Of a stretch of DNA of 64,000 nucleotides, positions 49,500-62,895 are shown piece after piece (the stretch's first letter is position 1; each line of letters opens with the position of its first letter). Location: contig NC_043002.1 of the NCBI RefSeq assembly GCF_006345805.1, positions 87,854,001-87,918,000 of the forward strand, written 5' to 3'. The translations under genes and the position numbers were made by a program. The stretch is from Octopus sinensis (lineage: Eukaryota). Below the pieces are notes generated by a model, which ran no database searches, was not told where the DNA came from, and saw only the letters and a list, made by a program, of their open reading frames with translations.

Positions 49500-50284
49500 T
49501 AAAGCAGGGCTCTGCGTAGTTTCTGTCTCCGCGCTGGTCTCAAAAGACTGTGAGTATCACCTTGCCTACTGAGTGTTGGACACGAGACTTCTTTGGAAGT
49601 AGTGAGTTATCATTCTTCCATTGCTTCGACTGGACTCTAGTCTCACGATCATAGTGATGGACTCGTGTTTCATCCTGTGTGATAAGTCTATCGAAAATGT
49701 CATCCTCGTTTACTTGGCACATTGCCAAAAGTGCCTGAGAGTAATTGACTCGTTCCTGCTTCTGAAAAGGTGTGTGCATCGGGGGAATCCATCGTGCAGA
49801 CAACTTCCACATGCGCAAATGGTCGTGAATGATTTTTTTTTCTACGGACCATACACTTATCTACCCTTCTAGGGCTATTTGCCGAATAGTTATGCAGCGA
49901 TCCTCCAAAATATCAGCTTCTAATTTATGGATGGTGTCGTCATCAATGGCGGAATGTGGTCGTCTAGAAATAGGAGCAGTTTCCAACGATGCCCCACCAC
50001 ATTTGAACTAGCAATACCAGTGCTGGACTACGTCATATGATAGTGCGTCGTCACCATAAGCTTTTGGTGTACGAGTATAAGAACCTGATCACTGATTTAC
50101 ATTCAGCTGCCTCCATTATAACACTTTAATCATCCAGTAGCCGCAAAAGGCAAACGAATACTAGTGGAAGGCTGCAATTTACAATGTGACATGTACAGAC
50201 ATGCATATTTATACCTATACAAGTTCCGTTTCCTGCAATAACCGGGAGTGGGTCAGTAGAAATCTTTAATGGACGCCCCTTGTA
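49500..50284 (-). mobile_element. Decayed mariner transposon
   Basis: KLSARWIP, LITQDETRVHHYD.ET..QSKQWK, GKVILTVF; TIR-like end at 50260-50284. Confidence 0.88.
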
Positions 50285-52149
50285 TTAGTGGCAATTATCG
50301 TGCCCACGGAATTACTCTTACCCGGCCCCTTAACTTACAACACTCAGTCTCCCATCCGTATATCGGCCGCATTAGATGCAGAGCAATTGTCTGATACATT
50401 TGATACCACTACGCCGGTAAAAACGATAAATTCAATTGTCAATGTTCAAATGCTACAGAGATTGTCTGGACTGTTAATTTTCTGGTGAGTGGTGGTCTGT
50501 GTCACTAGCCTTCTCCGACAGATGAGATGACGTGTTTACTAGCCCTCTTGGGTTGTAAGGCGATGGCAAGGGACGACTTTTGAATGACAAAAATTCTGGG
50601 GAGGAACGATTTAATGTAGTAGTTAGTGTGAGGGCTAGAGTAGAAACAATCTAGGTGACGAGAGGAAGAAAGACGGGTGCATCAGGGAACATTGTGGCAA
50701 TGGTAGAAAAAGAAAAGCGGAGGGACAGCATATCTGTGGGCCAGAAATTAGAGTAGGTTGATTAGCAGCGACACGGCAATCCGTCTAATGTCTTTTTATG
50801 TGGTTGAGAATGTCTCTGTGTGTAGCAGTACTCCATTGGGAGATCTCACCTGGGCTTTACAGACCGTTAGTTTCTTGTGGGTATGAATTATTTTCCTGGT
50901 CTGAGGAGGAAGCACAGCCTTTGAGATGAACTTTTAGCTATGTTCAGATTATGTGCTCGCCTGCAAAGAACCTTAGAGATAGGGACACCTACAATTTGCA
51001 TTTGTTGTGATTTTGAGGTTTCTATTTGCGTGTTGTTAATGTTTAAAGTGGTGTGCAATATTGTGTTCTTGATACGTGTAATATAATGATTGTGTCATTT
51101 TGCTGTTGAAAGAGACGAGATTGCCATGGCCTCCGTTGAAAGAAATTCTCAAGGTCTCTGTTGACAGAGTCAGCGCAAGTTTCCCGTAAGGTATCAAACT
51201 TGCATGTGAATTATGCTTGAATGCGTAATGTCAGGAGAAATAAAGAGTAATGTCAAATGCGTTGTACAGAGAGTTGTTGAAGGTAGCGGAAAGTTGTAGG
51301 AAAAAGGGTGTAGTAATACATGTAGTATATGACAAGTTATATTATATGGTGGAGCCGATCAAACCCCTCTTGTAAATGTTGACCACTTTTAGAATAACAT
51401 AGGTTTGTTAACAGATTACCTCAACGCTATCCCGAAGATGTTCCTTGTTGAGGGCGCGTTAAGGAGATTAATCAGACTTATGGTGGTTCTAGACAGAAGG
51501 TTCAGTTGTCCATGAGGGTCTTCTGCCCAGATGACTAAAAGAAGGAAAAGGACATCAATCAACAGCAGCAAATAAGTCTACGAGCATTGCCACTACCTAC
51601 TCCGCCACCACCATCACCACTACAACAGCAAAAATTATGATAGCGGTAAAAAACAAAAACAAGGGTTGCCTCGACATCTTAACCGGCAACATTTCTATTG
51701 TTAATGACGACGCCAACAACAGCAATACATTCACAGCAACAGCTGTGAATGGCACAGAACTATAAAGGGTAGCTATACTACAGAAGGATATATGTCTGAC
51801 CCAAACGGCCATGCTGATAAAACTGCAAAAAGCACGAGTGGATATTATCATCGCCCTCGAGGTGTTGGTAGAAAACAGAAAAAAACCATTATTTATAAAT
51901 GAGTTTCTATAAACACAGAGCAACGGGAGGCGGCTAGACAGGCAGATGTGGAAGGTGCACTGAAAGAGATAACGCCCGAAATTCAGCATACCTCGAGAGC
52001 AAACCAGTTTGCGGGCATTTCACTGCTCTTCAAGATTGAAGCTCTGACTACCAAACACTCCGTGGTTCCCTGTCGGTCCGAAAAATATGTGCTCCATTCA
52101 TCATATTCAAGAAGGAGGATGGTGAGGAAAAAAGATCTCAGGAATTCTG

Positions 52150-53660
52150 CCGGAGGTAAATTTATGGTGGATTTTAGCGTGTATCGTTTTGGAAGAGAAT
52201 AATAGCCTCCTAGAAGTGAAACGGACTGTCGTGAAATTTGGCCTGGGATCAGTGTGGATGGTACTACTTCACATTAAACCAGACATGTTCTACAATATAG
52301 CACACATTCCCCTTCCTGGAAGTGAAGAGCTACATGATACAGTTGAGGGTAGAAAGGTATGATGCTACCTGTGTAGGGTGAAAGACCACTTGAGGGCTTT
52401 CTTCCCACTACAATCAAAAGCTTTTCATTTAAAGGCTGCATTTGTGGTGACCGGTTCTGTCTCGTTTTCAGAGGCTCGATCAATGCAATGTCCTGCGACA
52501 TCTGTTCGGTGCTCAATGTAAACGGCCACCTATCAGAATCATTTAGCATTGCACGTTCTGTCCATCAAGGATTTCCATTCCCTCCCCCCTTCTGTACGTG
52601 CAGGCTCTTGAGCCATTATTAAAGAAGTTGGATATTTCAAGGGACATCCCGCGTGAACTAGGATGCGGAAGGTTCGTGTCGGCTTATGCAGACGACATCA
52701 CTGTAACAGTGTCAGACGTCTCGGAAATCGAGATGGTTGGCATTGCCTTAAGGGGGTATGAAGCGGTGTTAGGACCAAAGATTAACTAGAAGCCATGGGG
52801 CCAGCAGCTTGGCACCTGGAGAGTCATGTCCATGTCGTCGACTGCGTCATAGGGCACTGGACGGGAGAACTGGTTAAATTTATCGAGGTCTGGTTTGGTC
52901 GGGGTCTCCAGGTAGACAGGAAGTGGGTGGGATGATGATGGGCAGGGTGGCCGGCCTCACCCAGAAATGGGCAGAGAGGAAGCTGTATCTGTAGAGTCGG
53001 ACGGAGGTGTCGAATGCTTACGTTGCTTCTGTCATTTACTACCGTCTGACGTCATCCCTTTCTCTGCATCGTGGCTGGGAAGGAGCGTTTTCCGTTCGCT
53101 AGATGCTCCATTTGTTGTCAGCAGCCGCTGAGTGGAGGACTGGGCATACCATGGCTAATAATGCGCAGACATGCGCTGAGGTTGCGACATCTCCAGCATT
53201 TCCTTAGCGGTGAGCAGGTGTGGTCGCCGTTTGTTAGACAGTATTTTCCGCAGCTCGTCTTATTGACGGAGCTACAGTCCTTGATTAAACGTAGACTGAG
53301 AAAGGGAGGAGGATCGGCAAGTGCTCACAGCCCTCTGCAGCGTCTTCGGGGAAACTTTGGGTTTCAGAAAGGATCAATTAGCTGGTCTTTTCTGTGGGAT
53401 TTTCGGGCCGTAGCCTATGGATAATTTCCTGTCAGTGTTACTGGGGATTCGGAATTGCTCTCAGACGGATATGTGCACAGAGTGATGAAAACGTTCTGCA
53501 TGCATTCATCCAGTGTCCGGGTATTGCTGAATCGTGGAGCTGTTGACGCGTGTATGATGGATCCATCTATCAGCCGAATCCATTGTGAAGGTCATTCCCG
53601 CCACTTTCTTTTGACCGGGAAGGGAAAGCCGTTTTCTTCTGTCTGGTGGAAGAAGTAGTG
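52150..53660 (+). mobile_element. Decayed Tx1/L1-clade LINE ORF2 (RT) fragment
   Basis: NVNGHLSESFSIARSVHQG.P, LYVQALEPLL, SAYADDITV, PLSGGLGIP. Confidence 0.85.
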
Positions 53661-53679
53661 ATGGAAGAAGTAGTAGAAC

Positions 53680-53985
53680 TGAGGTTGACTTTGCCTTTCG
53701 TTCTTTCGGAGTAGATAAATTAAGTATCAGTTGAGCACTAGGGCCGATGTAACGGACTATCCCCACCAAGAAATTTCAGAAAGAACTATTATTATTGTTG
53801 CTAGTTAGGTGATGAGCTGGCAAAATGGTTATTGTGTCGGACATAATTCTTTACAGCATTTCTTTCGGGTCTTTACGTAAAGCTCAAATCCTGCCGAAAT
53901 CAACTTTGTCTCTCATCCGTCCGGGTGTAATCGACGTTCGCTCTTTCCCCATAAGTTACTGGCCTGCTGCATAAAGTAGGAAGAA
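53680..53985 (+). mobile_element. Diverged SINE family A pieces
   Basis: gaggttgactttgcctttcgttctttcggagtagataaattaagtatcag. Confidence 0.7.
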
Positions 53986-55339
53986 TTAGTGTTGTATTTG
54001 TATCGTCCTTATCGTTCTTTATAAAAATTTAAAAAATCGTTACTCTGCTCATTTATCAATTCTTAATTTATATTGCGTAATTTACATACTACATTTTGCT
54101 TGGCAACTAATCTCTTAAAAGTATAAATCTCTTAACCAATTTCATTCAATATTAAAAGTCTTTTATTACTGTACGTTATCGTGAACAAACGTTATGTGAC
54201 ATGCTATAACATTCAAACTATTATAGATTAAATTTGACTATTTATCTTTACAATGTTTCTTCAATTAGTTTGCTGGCCAGGTTTAAGCTTCCTGTTGATA
54301 GATATCACTTCGTTTTGTTGTTCTATTGATTTTTTTTTTATATCCCTATAAAATAAATACTGAAGTCAGTTACATAATACTTATTCACCTGCAAAACAAA
54401 ATTTCCTATAAATCTATCAGGCAGGGCATAATTGTAAGAACATATGAAAAACAAAATATGTACTAATACATGACAATATATGTACTAATACATGTGACCA
54501 CCACTTCAGACCGCAGAGTGTCTCAAACGCGATTCATAAATAGATGCAACTTCTGACCAGTGGAACGTGTCTCCTTCACAAGAACCAAAAGAGCAGATAC
54601 TTCTATTTAATCGGCGGAAAACTCAAGCAAGCTCAAATGATCAGACAGTAATTTATAACGGAGACGATATGTGCGTTTGCCATCTTTGTCCGGTTTTTCA
54701 GATATAGCTTTCACTTAGAGCATTTCTGGGTGAGACTGGTTACCTTAAACATCTCCACTTCCTACCTACCCGGAAGTTTGGTTCGAACCATGCACCAGGC
54801 ACTTGAATAAATCAGTCGGTATTTCGACCATTTTTACATTGGTTGTAGTGGACTGGTCTTTTCAGGTTTCCAAGCTAGAAGGCCCACCGACATGCTCTGG
54901 TTTATGAGTACCCCCTTTCACTCCTTAATTTTCCTTCCATATGGTGTTGATCATCTCGATTTCTAAGATATCTCACATCATTACGTCGATGTCAATTGCG
55001 TACACCGCCCTTATGGCGTCCCCTTTCAGTCGAGATGTGCTCCAACACCTATAGCTTTACACTGCGTGGTTATGTTCATTGTTACTTTACGGTGATGAGA
55101 AACACTCGCCGTATTCAAATAAATGTAAACACACGCAAAATGAAAATGCACATCTGCGTCAGAGCATGTTTGTCTTTCTTGAATGCACACAGCCATATAT
55201 TCCAAAGACCCTTGTTTTTAAAATAAATCAGAAAGAAAAAACATTCTTCCCGCAAAATTTAGTAAAAATCCAGTTTTGAGGTAACTATCTAAAGACACAT
55301 TCGTTCATATCAAAATAAAATTGCCACTGGAAATCCGCA

Positions 55340-55860
55340 CACATCTACTTGGAATCGTGAAACATGGACCCGTCATAGTCCACCAAAGATCGAATTGCGG
55401 CTTTCTTGCCACGTTAAGTTTGCGTTTCTGTCACTTGGACAAATCGAGCAGCTTTCGTTCTCTCATGTCTTAGAGCGCGTGCCTTAGCTTTGACAACGAA
55501 TCCTTCGTGATTCGGGTTGAAGAACTGGTCAAGGACCAATCTCGCCGTGAACACGTCAGTCACGATACCTTTTCTAACTGCCTCTTCTAATTTTCGGTCC
55601 CCCACTATTCTTCAATTATTCTAGTTTTCCCTGTCCCTACATCTTATCACTCTTATCACTCTTTCAAGGCGAACCACCACTTGTGGTTGACAATTAGCGT
55701 AGTCAACGCCTATTAACTAATTCACTAATCCTGTCCCTGTAAGCTTGGCATGCCGAATGCGACGTGTTCAGCTTTCCAGTGACCGGCTTCTTGTTTACGA
55801 AGTCTAGCTATATCTATCGTACAGATAATAAAATTATGGCTTGAGTAGCTGGCAATTTGA
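55340..55860 (-). mobile_element. Tx1/L1-like ORF2 fragment (post-endonuclease region)
   Basis: HWKAEHV (degenerate WKLN motif region); GFVVKAKARAL resembles the L1 GxxxRSR motif. Confidence 0.5.
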
Positions 55861-56319
55861 AATTGTACAATTTTATGCTGTCTCTATCTACTGGCCTACA
55901 AAATGCTATATCTAGACACTATCTGGATTACTCGATGTGATTAGTCCATGTCCACATTGGTACTTTGAGAAATCTAGTCTACTTGTCATCCAGTTGAAAA
56001 CATCTGAAAAGGTTTGTGAGACTTTCGCATTCCCTTCATTTCAAGAGTATATCTAAGATACCATTCCCATCTCCCACTAGCAATAAGGAGTGGGACTTTA
56101 CTAGGGAACACTCTAGGATCCTAAAGAAATCTAGTCGAATCTGGAACTTAACTATGGTCTGTCTATAGCACTTATTCAGCATTACCCGACACCTATGGAT
56201 CTCAATTACACCATTATCTCTTATAACCTCAACTTCTCGCTATATATATAGAAAGAGAGAGAGAGGGGGATAAATCTAGTGCAGCACGCACGTCTATTGG
56301 TCTGAAGTAAATAAGAGAT

Positions 56320-56810
56320 TCTGATTTAGGCACAAGGCCAGCAATTTTAAGGAGTAGGTATTAGTTGATACCATCGTCCCTAATGCTTGACTAATACTTT
56401 ATTTTATCGACTCCGAAAGGATGAATGACAATTGACTTTGGTGGGATTGGAATTCAGAACGTGATGAACCGGAATACATACATACTGTGAATGCAACATA
56501 GAGAGGGAGAGGAGCACTCCGTCGGTTACGATCAACGGAACAGCTTGATCGTGAAATTAACGTGCAAGCGGCTGAGTACTCCACAGACACGTGTAACCTT
56601 AACGTAGTTCTTGGGAAGACTCAGCGTGAAACAGAGTGGAACAAGGCTGGCCCTTTGAAATACAGGTACAACTCATTTTTGGCAGCTGAGTGGACTGGAG
56701 CAATGTGAAATAAAGTGTCTTGCTCAACGACACAACGCGTCGCCGGGAATTGAACTCAAAACCTTACGATCGTGAGCCGAATGCCCTAACCACTAAGCCA
56801 CGCGCCTTCA
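56320..56810 (-). mobile_element. SINE A fragment and SINE family C copy
   Basis: Antisense to 1689-2010 over 56515-56810. Confidence 0.85.
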
Positions 56811-56939
56811 ACGCGAATGCAACATTACCAAGGGAAGTAACAGCAATAGCAACAACAAATCATGTCGTGCGTACATGGCAAAGATTTTCGAAGTTACAGT
56901 TGAAAGAATAAATTATAAAAGCTAAGCTGATTTCCTTTC

Positions 56940-57575
56940 TTTAGAGAAAAATATTTCCAGGGGGCAATCGCTTTCCCTTTCTTTTCAGTCTGGAATTGAC
57001 ACCGTTAACCACCTTTGTTAAATAGAACTGGATATAGCTGTAAATGCTATGAAAAAAAAGAAAAAGAAACAATCAATCATCTTTTGTGCATGGATGATCT
57101 CCAGTTGTATGCTGGAAATAATAAATAACTTGAAACTTAACTGCAGACATTACACGGATTTACTGAAGAAATCAATATAAAATTCGGCTTAGAAAATGCG
57201 CCAAAGCGACCTTGAAGAGAAGAAAATTAATTAACAACACGAATATCATACAAGATAGAGAAAATGAGACAAGAAAATTTGATCGAACACAGACATACAA
57301 ATACTTAGGCATCAATGAGCTAGACTGTACAACACACACAAACGAAAGAAAAGATTAGGAAGGGATATTATAGACGATTTAGATTTATACTTAAAGAAAG
57401 CTAAATGCAAATATTAAAGTAAATGGCATCAACATTATAGCTGTTCCAATCATTACTTAGAGTTACAAAATTCACAACTGCATACTAAACAAATTAGCAA
57501 CACCAGACAGGAAAACGAGGAACATAATTACTGCATTTAGATAACATCACCCAAAACTTACCATAGAGAAATTAT
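56940..57575 (+). mobile_element. Decayed R4/Dong-like RT fragment
   Basis: IFQG-like motif, INHLLCMDDLQLYA, KFGLE.CAK, TYKYLGINE. Confidence 0.75.
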
Positions 57576-57618
57576 ACATGTATATGTATGTGTATATATA
57601 TATATATTTATATATGCA

Positions 57619-57649
<31 letters not shown>

Positions 57650-58015
57650 GTGTATGCATGTATGTATATTATCTCTCTCTCTCTCTTTCTGTTTCTCTTT
57701 CTATATATATATATAGCGAGAAGTTGAGGTTATAAGAGAGAATGGTGTCATTGAGACCCATAGGTGTCAGGTAATGCTGAATAAGTGCTATAGACAGACC
57801 ATAGTTAAGTTCTAGATTCGGTAATATTGCGAAGAAAGGGTTCAACATTGGTTCTATGTCAGCGTGTGTATATAAGAATTTTTTGCGTAATGAGATAAAA
57901 GAAACCAAGGCTGTATAGATATTAGAGCATTTATCTATAAATGCTCTAATATCTATTCAGCCTTGGGTTTTTTTATCTCATTACGCAAAAAATTCTTACA
58001 TATGTATATATATAT

Positions 58016-58049
<34 letters not shown>

Positions 58050-58050
<1 letters not shown>

Positions 58051-59803
58051 TGGGAGAATTCACAAAAAAAAACAAAAGACGAAGACAGGTGGTGTAGACA
58101 ACAAACAGATGTATTAGTATAACGCTCGGGAAGTGAAATAGTCTAACGTTTCGAGCCCACGCTCTTCCACAGAGAGGAACACAGAAAGAAACAAGGAGAG
58201 AAAATATAGAATGTGTAGTGGCTAGCGAGCTATCATGACGAATGCCGGACAGAAGGGTCACACAGGAGAGTTAGGGAGAAGAGGAGATAATAAAGTAGTG
58301 GTGATCCCAAAATGAAGGTATAAGAGAGTTTGTATGTGCGTGTCGAAGAGGGCTGGTGATCGTAACATGTGTGTGTATGTGTAGGTGTGAAAATGTGGGT
58401 CTGAGAAGTGGTCAGTGTTGATGTGTTCGTGGTGGTATGTTGTGATGTGATGTGCTATGTGGTATGGTGGTGTAAGGTGTAGTGGTGTGTGCTGTGGTGT
58501 GATGGTGTTGGGATATGGGGGAGGCGAGAGTGAGGAAAGCAAGGGTGGGGTGTGGGTTAGGCTGAGGATGGAGGTAGAGGTGGGGTATGTGGGAGTGGGT
58601 GTAAGGGATAGTGTGGGTGGGATGGGGAAGGATAGGGAAGTGGGGGTGGAATGTGTAGGGATGGGGTGGGCTTACGAGGGGGGAAAAAGAAAGTGGTAGG
58701 AGTGAAGAGAAGACAGGAGAGTAGGAGTGAAGAGAAGTAGGAGTCGGAGCAAGAGAGGAGAGGTGAATGGGAGGAAGTAGGTATGAGGGGGAGAGAGGCG
58801 AGGGGAGGAAGTTAGATGAAGAGGGGCGGAGAGTTGAGCCCATGTGACGCAAAAGAGCGAAGAGAGAAGATGAATCCCTGTTCACGGCGTAAGCGGGAGT
58901 CCTGATGGCCCCTGAGCGAGGACAATCCGAACACAGACAGGTGTTGCAAAGAGTGACCGGTAGAACGAAAATGGCGCGAGACCGGGGTGCCATTGGCGAG
59001 TCCAATGTCGTGGAGATGTTCCGAGAACCGGTCAGCCAAGCGACTTCCCGTTTGCCCGATGTATAGAGAAGGGCAGAGGGCGCAGGAGATGCAGTAGATG
59101 ATATTGGTAGAAGTGCAGGTGAAGAAGTCGGTGTTGTGATAGGGTCGATGATGGGTGCCGGTGAGGAGGGTGGTGTTGGAGAGGTATGGACAAGTGCGGA
59201 AGCGTGGGTGGGAGCAGGGGAACGAGCCGGGTTGGGATGTTAGGGTTAGGAAAGAAGCTGTAGACCAAGTGATCTCGTATATTGTGGGCTCGTTTGAGAG
59301 GAGGAGTCGGTTAGGGAAGATGTGCGAGGTGGAGGGATCGGACTGGAGTCGCCGAGAGGCTCGGAGATGGTGCGTTGGAGAGTAGAGTGGTGGGTGGTAG
59401 GTGATGTGAAATGGGAGGCGAGAGACGGTGGAGCGGGTTCGGGGGAGAGATCAGAGGCACGGCCCACAAAACGTGCTCTGGCAAAGGCGGTGTGGATAGT
59501 GGTGAGGAGATATCCACGTAGGATGAAGTGGCGAGCCATGAGTTGAGACTGAGTCTCAAAGTTATGGTCGTCACTACAGAGCCTGCGTACACGGAGGAAT
59601 TGGGAATAGGGGATGGAAAGCTTGGTGTGTTTAGGGTGGGATGAAGAGAAGTTGAGGTATAAGTGTGAGTCTGTGTGTTTGTAGTGGCTGGAGGTGGTGA
59701 GAGTGGAGGGATGAATGCTGACCGAAATGTCAAGAAAGGAGACAGAGGTGTCAGAGATAGTGCAGGAGAAGTGGAGGGCAGGATGGAAAGATTTGACAAA
59801 AGA

Positions 59804-59804
<1 letters not shown>
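58050..59804 (-). mobile_element. 5'-truncated Penelope-like element (RT thumb, C-terminal GIY-YIG, pLTR)
   Basis: SFLDI..YKHTDSHLYL..SSHPKHTKLSIPYSQFLRVRRLCS; FTCTSTNIIYCISC..C..LYIGQTG..LADRFSEH...GLN; frameshifted; (TA)n at both ends. Confidence 0.92.
58142..58177 (-). ncRNA. Minimal HHR variant in PLE pLTR
   Basis: TCT-CTGTGGA-A-GAGC-gtgg-GCTC-GAAA-CG-TT-AGA. Confidence 0.55.
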
Positions 59805-59862
<58 letters not shown>

Positions 59863-60299
59863 ATATATATATACATCATCTGTAGAAAATATTCACTATA
59901 AGGTTGTAAACATGTCTATTGTAAAATCAGGAAAATTAATAAAATAGCTAAGAGGTATGTACAAAACGAAAAACTGTCTTCTGTCTTCAAGGATGCCAAC
60001 AAATGAAAATGAGAGTCTGCAATAACAGATAGTTATGCAGAAAAAACTAAAGAACAAAATTAGTAAAACAAATAAGATAAAGCTAACGATGAGACTACAG
60101 TATGCCATGATAAAACGATGATAAAACAGTGTTAAACAGAGTGGAAGTATGCAGAAAAAAGGGGTGCAGAACTCAAAGTAGTGACTGAAGTTTTCAATGA
60201 TAATAAAGAAAAATACTAAAGAAACATCAATAACAAACACAATCCTTAAAATAAAGTTGTGTCAAGCATTTAGAGAAATTCGGGGCACATCATACAAAA

Positions 60300-60425
60300 T
60301 GGCGTGAGGCCTAGTGATTAGAGTTTTCCACTCCCGATCACCAGGTTGTGGGTTTGATTCCTGATCCTGGCTTGGGCGACATGTTGTGTTCTTAAGCAAA
60401 ACGCTTCATTTCACGTTGCTCTAGT
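60300..60425 (+). mobile_element. SINE family C head
   Basis: ggcctagtgattag...ggtttgattcc...ttaagcaaaacgcttcatttcacgttgct. Confidence 0.7.
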
Positions 60426-60498
60426 GTCGGCCAGGAGTAAGGAATCACCAACAAATGACGGATGCAGCGACGCACTTTTACAGCGCATGCGCCCATAT

Positions 60499-60548
<50 letters not shown>

Positions 60549-60719
60549 TTACTACTACATACAAAAACAAAACTAAATAACTCTAATGCAACACAAGTCT
60601 ACCCAGTTCTTGCTGCCAACCTGCAGCCACTTTCATCATATAATGAAGTTTTAACTTAACAGAACAGCAAAGTACCAAATAGATGCTTTGCATATACAAA
60701 CACACACACATACACATAT

Positions 60720-60724
60720 GTGTA

Positions 60725-60765
<41 letters not shown>

Positions 60766-60930
60766 ATATATAATTATAATAATATACATATATATATGTA
60801 TATATGTATATATATATATGTATAGTATGTATATATATTATGTATATATATATAATATATATATATATGTATATATATGTACATATATATATGTATATAT
60901 ATATATATTATATATATATATGTACATATA

Positions 60931-60968
<38 letters not shown>

Positions 60969-60978
60969 TATATATATG

Positions 60979-61011
<33 letters not shown>

Positions 61012-61014
61012 GTT

Positions 61015-61068
<54 letters not shown>

Positions 61069-61080
61069 TATATATATATA
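60720..61080. repeat. (TA)n microsatellite
   Basis: Dinucleotide tract. Confidence 0.95.
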
Positions 61081-61405
61081 ACTTATAAATAAGGGCAAAA
61101 GAAAAAAATTCTTATCCCAAATATGCCGAAAATAGACAAATGTCAATTCTTATGAATTAACTCTGAAATTGAGACCAATACGGTAATAACGGAATTTTTT
61201 AGAAATTTCCATCGGCTTGTTTTGAGGCCGTGTTAATAGTGATAAATTATAATTGGTTATTGACAATTTGTCTATTTTCGGCATATTTGGCATTAGAATT
61301 TTTTTCATTTGCCCTTATTTTATAAGTTATATTTATAAATTCAATCTTTAAAGGTATTTTTTAATATGCTGGCCTTTTTTTTCGAAAAGTTTTATCCTAT
61401 ATTAG
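61080..61405 (+). mobile_element. Partial HHR family 3 element with 5' inversion
   Basis: 61148-61405 matches 17763-18015; 61080-61147 is the reverse complement of ~61260-61328. Confidence 0.8.
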
Positions 61406-61422
61406 ATATATATATATAATAT

Positions 61423-61455
<33 letters not shown>

Positions 61456-62779
61456 ATATATATATACGTATGTATGTATGCATGTATGTATGTATGTATG
61501 TCAAAAATATATATTCTTGAAATCAAAATTACTTTGCACATTTTCTCTAGATGATACTGAATACAACGGAAATTCCCCAATCATTTATGTAATAGTCAAA
61601 GCGTTCATAATCTTTTCATGTGGCCACTGCGATTACTGGAGGACAACGGGGTTAAAACGACAACTTATGGGTTGTTCTCATGATCATGATGCTTCTAACA
61701 GTTTATTGGGTAACGAATTATGTATGCTACAAAGATATACAAACTATTTAACGCTTCAAACCTCCTAATTTTACTCGCAAGGCTTGAATCGAACCGAGGT
61801 TATGATACAAGACAATTACCAAGTTGACTATAGAACAGAATCGAACCCGAAACTACATGATTAGAAATCAATCTTCTTAAGCATAAAACCGTGATTTGCC
61901 CATATATAAAGGTAACTGGTTATAGCAGGTGTTGCTTCTGATAACAAGCCAATGTTAATCAATATACATTTCCATTATAACAGAGATACGTAATAGCTTC
62001 GAGCAGATCGTGAGGTAACAATGAGCAAAACATGTAAAACAGATATAAGAAAAATCGTGTTAGTAACATGCTTAAACTCTTCCTCTCAATTTAAATCCAT
62101 TTGTAAAGAACACTTCAAAACACACACACAGGGAAAAAAACATGGCAAGACGAAGATTTTTCAACAATTTATATACATCTATTCAAGGCTGAGAATTCTC
62201 TACGTTTCTTTTTAGAGTCTGTTTCCGCTTTTCCCGCGCATTGTATTACAATGCAAATTACTTTCTTTTACAGGTATTTAAAAATAATGTGCTTCATCAA
62301 AGATTGGATAATATATTTGTATATATGTGTAGACTTATGTAAGTGTGCACAGAAACGCTCGTATGAGCGGTAACACGTGATTCTATTCCTGCAGCGTTTG
62401 ATTAATTAATTATGTGATACGATATGCAGATATGCCTTCAGTCGTCAACTATGACGTAATCCAGTTCACCTATTCTAGTTAAGAAGTAACGTAATCAAAT
62501 GTCATTCCGTTATCTGAGCTAGAGTATATTCTAATATCAATTAATACTATGTGCTATGAAAAATGATTGTATCAACTTAAAGCTTTCTAATATAATTGTG
62601 ATTTGTACATTTAGGTGATTTTTATGATGTATGGTTGACTGTGTGCTTTGCTGTGGATTAATTATATATGGCTGTTATTCAAATTATCTACTGCTCATTA
62701 AGTTATGTGTGAGTATGCATTATGAGTGCGGATACATATACATGCTTACATATATACATGTTCACATGTAATCATGTAA

Positions 62780-62827
62780 GCATGTACATACATACATACA
62801 TACATACATACATACATACATACATAC

Positions 62828-62858
<31 letters not shown>

Positions 62859-62860
62859 CA

Positions 62861-62891
<31 letters not shown>

Positions 62892-62895
62892 GTAT
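62780..62895. repeat. (TACA)n microsatellite
   Basis: Tetranucleotide tract. Confidence 0.95.
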
